Both the position numbers and the translations under genes were made by a program. The notes under the pieces were generated by a model. The model was given only the letters and a program-made list of their open reading frames with translations, did not search any database and was not told the DNA's origin. A DNA stretch of 10,881 bases from Oculatellaceae cyanobacterium bins.114 (GTDB lineage Bacteria; Cyanobacteriota; Cyanobacteriia; Elainellales; Elainellaceae): NCBI GenBank assembly GCA_033764315.1, contig JANRJA010000026.1:1-10881 (forward strand). The letters run 5' to 3'. Positions 7,686 to 10,881 of the stretch are shown in pieces. Each line of letters opens with the position of its first letter. Within the stretch, counting starts at the first letter, position 1.

Positions 7686-8891
7686 TTAGAAAGGACGTTG
7701 ACTAGGGTTAGTCAAACCAGGGCGGGTAGGGCTGGTAGAATTAGGGCTGATTGCACTAGGAGTACCATAGTTAGGCACTAAACCCAATTCTCCTAGCTCA
7801 GATTGCACCCCAGTTGGCAGAATGACTTGATCAATGGGGACGATGGTACCATTGCTTGCTTGAATGTTGGAGCCAATAACGCGAGCATTGTTTACCATCA
7901 TGCTGCCACTGGCGCGATCAGTCCGCATTGTAGGAAACTCGCTAGACTCATTGACAAATGAGCTAGTTGAGTCTGAAAGCTGTGAGGGTGAATCAACTTC
8001 ATCTACTGCAGGAGCGGCTTGCTCAGCATTGCTAGACGCTTCACCTGAGGTGGAAGCTGGAACATCTTCAGATGCCTTATCCTCAGGCACGATGTGATAA
8101 GAGAGCAGTTCGACCAACAAATCACGGTTCTCAGGTTGCACCAGAGTTCTGATTGTGTCTGGGGGCAGAGCCGCAAAGGCTTCATCGGTTGGGGCATAGA
8201 CCACATAGGAATCGTCTCCAGCCAGACTTTCAACTAATCCCTGATCTTCTATGTTTGCCACTCGCAGCAAAGCATTAAACAATTCAAAAGAAGGACTTTC
8301 ACTGACGATCTCGTCAATGCTCATTGAATCGGAAGAACTAGGAGCCTCGATTCGAGATTGAGGCGTATTGCGTTGATCATTCAGACGCTGGTTGCTGGGC
8401 TGTTGATTGTAAGAAGGATCGTTGGTTGTGCCAGGAGTGCTACCAGGGCGATCGGTTCTGGTGGAATCCGTGTTGCCAGTGTTGTTGTCAAGGTTTTCGC
8501 CAACCCGGTTAGGGGTATTGGGACGCTGGTTGCTGGGCTGTTGATTGTAAGAGGGATCGTTGGTTGTACCAGGAGTGCTACCAGGGCGATCGGTTCTGGT
8601 GGAATCCGTGTTACCAGTATTGTTGTCAAGGTTTTCGCCAACTCGACTGGGGGTGTTTGGATTGCCATTAGCAGGCCCAATCACCGCATCGGGGTTGGGG
8701 CTGATGCTAGGGTTCTGATTGGTTGGGCGATCGCCAGGATTTTGATAAGGAGAGGAAGAGTTGCTGTTGCCAGGGGTTCGGTTGCCAAGAGAGTCAACAG
8801 AGCTGGTTTGAGCAGATGCAGAGTATCCAGCTCCAACAACAAAACTTGCAGCACTAATTAAGCCAATAAATAGCTTAAGGGACAATTTCAT
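7686..8891 (-). CDS. Secreted fasciclin (FAS1) domain protein with a low-complexity repeated N-terminal region
   Basis: Sec signal peptide (..ASA|Q), H1 motif YVVYAPTDEAFAALP, LLSYHIVP, and H2-like VNNARVI..NIQASNGTIVPIDQVILP. GGAG RBS 8 nt before the ATG. Confidence 0.9.
   Translation of the reverse strand: MKLSLKLFIGLISAASFVVGAGYSASAQTSSVDSLGNRTPGNSNSSSPYQNPGDRPTNQNPSISPNPDAVIGPANGNPNTPSRVGENLDNNTGNTDSTRTDRPGSTPGTTNDPSYNQQPSNQRPNTPNRVGENLDNNTGNTDSTRTDRPGSTPGTTNDPSYNQQPSNQRLNDQRNTPQSRIEAPSSSDSMSIDEIVSESPSFELFNALLRVANIEDQGLVESLAGDDSYVVYAPTDEAFAALPPDTIRTLVQPENRDLLVELLSYHIVPEDKASEDVPASTSGEASSNAEQAAPAVDEVDSPSQLSDSTSSFVNESSEFPTMRTDRASGSMMVNNARVIGSNIQASNGTIVPIDQVILPTGVQSELGELGLVPNYGTPSAISPNSTSPTRPGLTNPSQRPF
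8384..8659 (-). repeat. 138-bp (46-codon) tandem duplication within the fasciclin gene
   Basis: GACGCTGGTTGCTGGGCTG... occurs at 8384 and 8522. The protein repeat RVGENLDNNTGNTDSTRTDRPGSTPGTTNDPSYNQQPSNQR occurs twice. Confidence 0.97.
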
Positions 8892-8907
8892 AAATTCGAC
8901 TCCGTAA

Positions 8908-8938
8908 AGACTAGTTCTGAACTAGTCTCTAAGCTTAG
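8908..8938. promoter_or_regulatory. Perfect palindrome pair upstream of the fasciclin gene (candidate operator or 5'UTR hairpin)
   Basis: AGACTAGTTC-T-GAACTAGTCT (8908-8928) is immediately followed by CTAAGCTTAG (8929-8938), 17 nt upstream of the ATG. Confidence 0.5.
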
Positions 8939-8979
8939 GTCGCCCTTACTTGAGATACCTCCCCCAAGTGAAATAACTC

Positions 8980-9013
8980 TAGAGGAGCAAATTCGAGTTG
9001 TTTTTGCTCTCTA
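8980..9013. terminator. Imperfect hairpin downstream of argC (possible terminator or 3' stabiliser)
   Basis: TAGAG(G)AGCAAA...TTTGCTCTCTA lies ~70 nt after the argC stop. There is no clear U-tract. Confidence 0.35.
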
Positions 9014-9080
9014 AAGGTCTACCTTTTCAAGGATGGAAAAAGCGAAGGAATCTTGCAAAATATCCCTTAATCTTCCGAAG

Positions 9081-10139
9081 TTATGGATAAAAACTCAATT
9101 GGGGCAGTCCCAAGGTTTCACCCCAACCCATCATCAGATTGAGACATTGAATGGCTTGACTGGCTTGACCTTTCATCAAGTTGTCGATCGCCGACATAGC
9201 AATCACTCGTCCGGTCCGGGGATCAACTTCTAAACCGATGTAGCAAAGGTTAGTTCCCGTTGCCCATTTAGTTTGAGGATAAACACCGCTTGGCAGTACT
9301 TTGACCCAGGGAGAGGTGCGATAAAAAGCCTGGTAGATCGTTAACAAGTCATCTCGTACTAGCCCAGGATCACGCATCATGGCATAAACTGTGGCCAGAA
9401 TCCCCCTCACCATCGGCACTAAATGTGGAGTAAATTGCACCATGACCTCATGCCCTGCCAAGTCACTACAGACCTGCTCAATTTCAGGGGTGTGCCGATG
9501 GCGGGCAACATTATAAGCTCCTAAGGATTGGTCTGCCTCTGCCAGCAACATATTTGTTTTAGCTTGCCGCCCCCCTCCTGACGTACCTGTTTTGCTATCA
9601 ATAATGGCAGTTTCAGGAATGATCAACCCTTGCTTGAGTAAGGGAGAGAGGGCTAGCAAACTAGCCGTGCAGTGACAACCAGCACAGCCAATCAATTGTG
9701 CTTCAGCAATGCGATCGCGATAGAGTTCTGGTAACCCATATACAGCCGTAGCTGCAATCTCGTGATCCGTGCGATCGCCCCCATACCAGTCTTTATAAAT
9801 TTGCAGATCAGCAAACCGATAATCAGCCGACAAGTCCAGCACTCGGCAACCCTTTTTAAGCAGAGTGGGTGCAAGTTGATGGGCTAATCCGTTGGGCAGA
9901 GATAAAAATACAGCTTCACAGCGATCGCCAATGCGGTCGAGGTCAATTTCCTCAACCACTAAATCAGTGGAGTAACTCAAATGAGGATAAATATCAGAAA
10001 ATGCCTTTCCAGCACTACTCTCGCCGCCTAGATAAGTCAGTTTGACATTTGGATGCTCTAGCAAGAGGCGGACAAGCTGAACTCCTCCATATCCTGACGC
10101 TCCCACAATTCCAACTGGCACGCGTCCTAAATCACCCAT
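9081..10139 (-). CDS. argC: N-acetyl-gamma-glutamyl-phosphate reductase (type 1)
   Basis: [59 protein letters not shown] and IDNLMKGQA. Confidence 0.97.
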   Translation of the reverse strand: MGDLGRVPVGIVGASGYGGVQLVRLLLEHPNVKLTYLGGESSAGKAFSDIYPHLSYSTDLVVEEIDLDRIGDRCEAVFLSLPNGLAHQLAPTLLKKGCRVLDLSADYRFADLQIYKDWYGGDRTDHEIAATAVYGLPELYRDRIAEAQLIGCAGCHCTASLLALSPLLKQGLIIPETAIIDSKTGTSGGGRQAKTNMLLAEADQSLGAYNVARHRHTPEIEQVCSDLAGHEVMVQFTPHLVPMVRGILATVYAMMRDPGLVRDDLLTIYQAFYRTSPWVKVLPSGVYPQTKWATGTNLCYIGLEVDPRTGRVIAMSAIDNLMKGQASQAIQCLNLMMGWGETLGLPQLSFYP

Positions 10140-10504
10140 GATGTCTAACCTTATAAAGAGTACGTCGAGTAGAAATAACCACGTTAACGAAGAACTATTT
10201 TCTAAAAAGTTCGCATTGGATCAAACCGCCCTAATGCGTTAATTTATGCTGAATTGTAGTACCAAAAGTCTCAGTTTTGATACATTAAATTTTCTAAGTT
10301 TGCGAACCCTCTATATCCAGGTTCCTAGAGCTTAGAGGTTCGTCGATGTCGCGTCTTCATCCAATCCTGCTTGCTTCCTACTCAATGCATCGGGTTACGT
10401 CATTCTCTCCACTCTTTTTTTGATCAGTTTAGAATCTTGGATTAAATAAGTACGGCGAAACTCAGATGTTCAGCGATGCTTAGCTGAGCCGTCGAGCTGT
10501 TGAA

Positions 10505-10620
10505 CCACAGGTTTTGCGCTGATAGCGTTTGGCTGAGGCTTACACGGAAGTTTGCGATTTCAATCGCCACGCATCAAAGACGTGGCAGTCAGTCAGTGGG
10601 TAAGGCTTTGGCGTCGGCTC
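10505..10620 (+). ncRNA. Candidate structured RNA / leader element
   Basis: GCUGAGGCUUAC (10532-10543) pairs with GUAA(G)GCUUUGGC (10600-10612) using G-U pairs specific to the + strand. This stem encloses hairpins GCGAU-UUCA-AUCGC and GCCACG-N9-CGUGGC. Confidence 0.4.
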
Positions 10621-10623
10621 TCG

Positions 10624-10687
10624 AACGATGCCCCCAAACAATGCCTCAAACAATGCCCCCAAACAATGCCCCCAAACAATGCCCAAA
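10624..10687 (+). repeat. Short tandem repeat, ~5 copies of AACAATGCCCCCA (11-13 bp units), STRR-like
   Basis: Units are AACGATGCCCCCA, AACAATGCCTCA, AACAATGCCCCCA, AACAATGCCCCCA and AACAATGCCCA. Confidence 0.9.
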
Positions 10688-10773
10688 TTCACCTGTCCCA
10701 AAAGCGGTCTCTGAAGCATCATCCTACGCAACACCCCCCTCCTGATTGGTAGTAGAACAAGCTAAAATTAATG

Positions 10774-10811
10774 CTTAAGTTACTTTAGATAACTTTACAA
10801 TTGTTACTTAT
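10774..10811 (+). promoter_or_regulatory. HLR1-like (RpaB) direct repeat overlapping a LysR-like palindrome
   Basis: TTTAGATA-AC-TTTACAAT (10784-10801) matches (G/T)TTACA(T/A)(T/A)-N2-(G/T)TTACA(T/A)(T/A) with one mismatch. AAGTTA-N7-TAACTT lies at 10777-10795. Confidence 0.4.
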
Positions 10812-10825
10812 TGGGCGATTTAACT

Positions 10826-10881
10826 GTGGAACCGCTTCATCATAGTGAGGGAACTGACCCCATTTCTGCCAGTCCAGTATT
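10826..10881 (+). CDS. Probable 5' end of a gene divergent from argC (possibly ribBA), partial
   Basis: GTG GAA CCG... is open to the window edge (MEPLHHSEGTDPISASPV..) and follows an AT-rich promoter-like stretch. The ribBA guess rests only on remembered argC/ribBA synteny in filamentous cyanobacteria. Confidence 0.3.
   Translation, partial: MEPLHHSEGTDPISASPV

Larger units (their letters stand above)
476..9928. repeat. HIP1 octamers (GCGATCGC), at least 18 dispersed copies
   Basis: Counted at 476, 1434, 1506, 1908, 2241, 2408, 4013, 4887, 5452, 5722, 6412, 6614, 7294, 7666, 8727, 9711, 9771 and 9921. Confidence 0.95.

Noticed and set aside
8358-8861. 167-aa plus-strand ORF and 99-aa alternative-frame ORF containing repeats
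   Set aside because: These are shadows of the fasciclin duplication; the differences between repeat units are synonymous in the fasciclin frame.
476-9928. HIP1 abundance as a novel repeat system
   Set aside because: This is a well-known cyanobacterial genome feature, useful only for taxonomy and for showing the genes are native.
10255-10284. NtcA box upstream of argC
   Set aside because: The GTA and TAC are not separated by 8 nt.
10624-10687. Possible CRISPR array
   Set aside because: Units are 11-13 bp and directly adjacent, with no spacers and no cas genes.

Overview
Cyanobacterial chromosomal window: at least 18 HIP1 GCGATCGC sites, with gene order typical of filamentous cyanobacteria. 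Nearly all genes lie on the minus strand, in transcription order: argC, a secreted fasciclin (FAS1) protein with a 138-bp tandem duplication, prfB with its +1 programmed frameshift, a DUF3285-like membrane protein, ybeY, dgkA, trpG/pabA, a Tat-exported MBL-fold protein with a degenerate metal motif, pepP, and a dCache_1/HAMP sensor. The sensor is cut in its HAMP domain by an IS66-family element that runs off the left edge. Non-coding features include a ~120-bp MITE-like insertion at the DUF3285 stop codon, a REP-like inverted pair, a perfect 21-bp palindrome before the fasciclin gene, and a ~690-bp region upstream of argC. That region holds a candidate structured RNA, a 13-bp tandem repeat, an HLR1/LysR-like site and probably the start of a divergent gene (possibly ribBA). 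All calls were made by eye; no searches were run.
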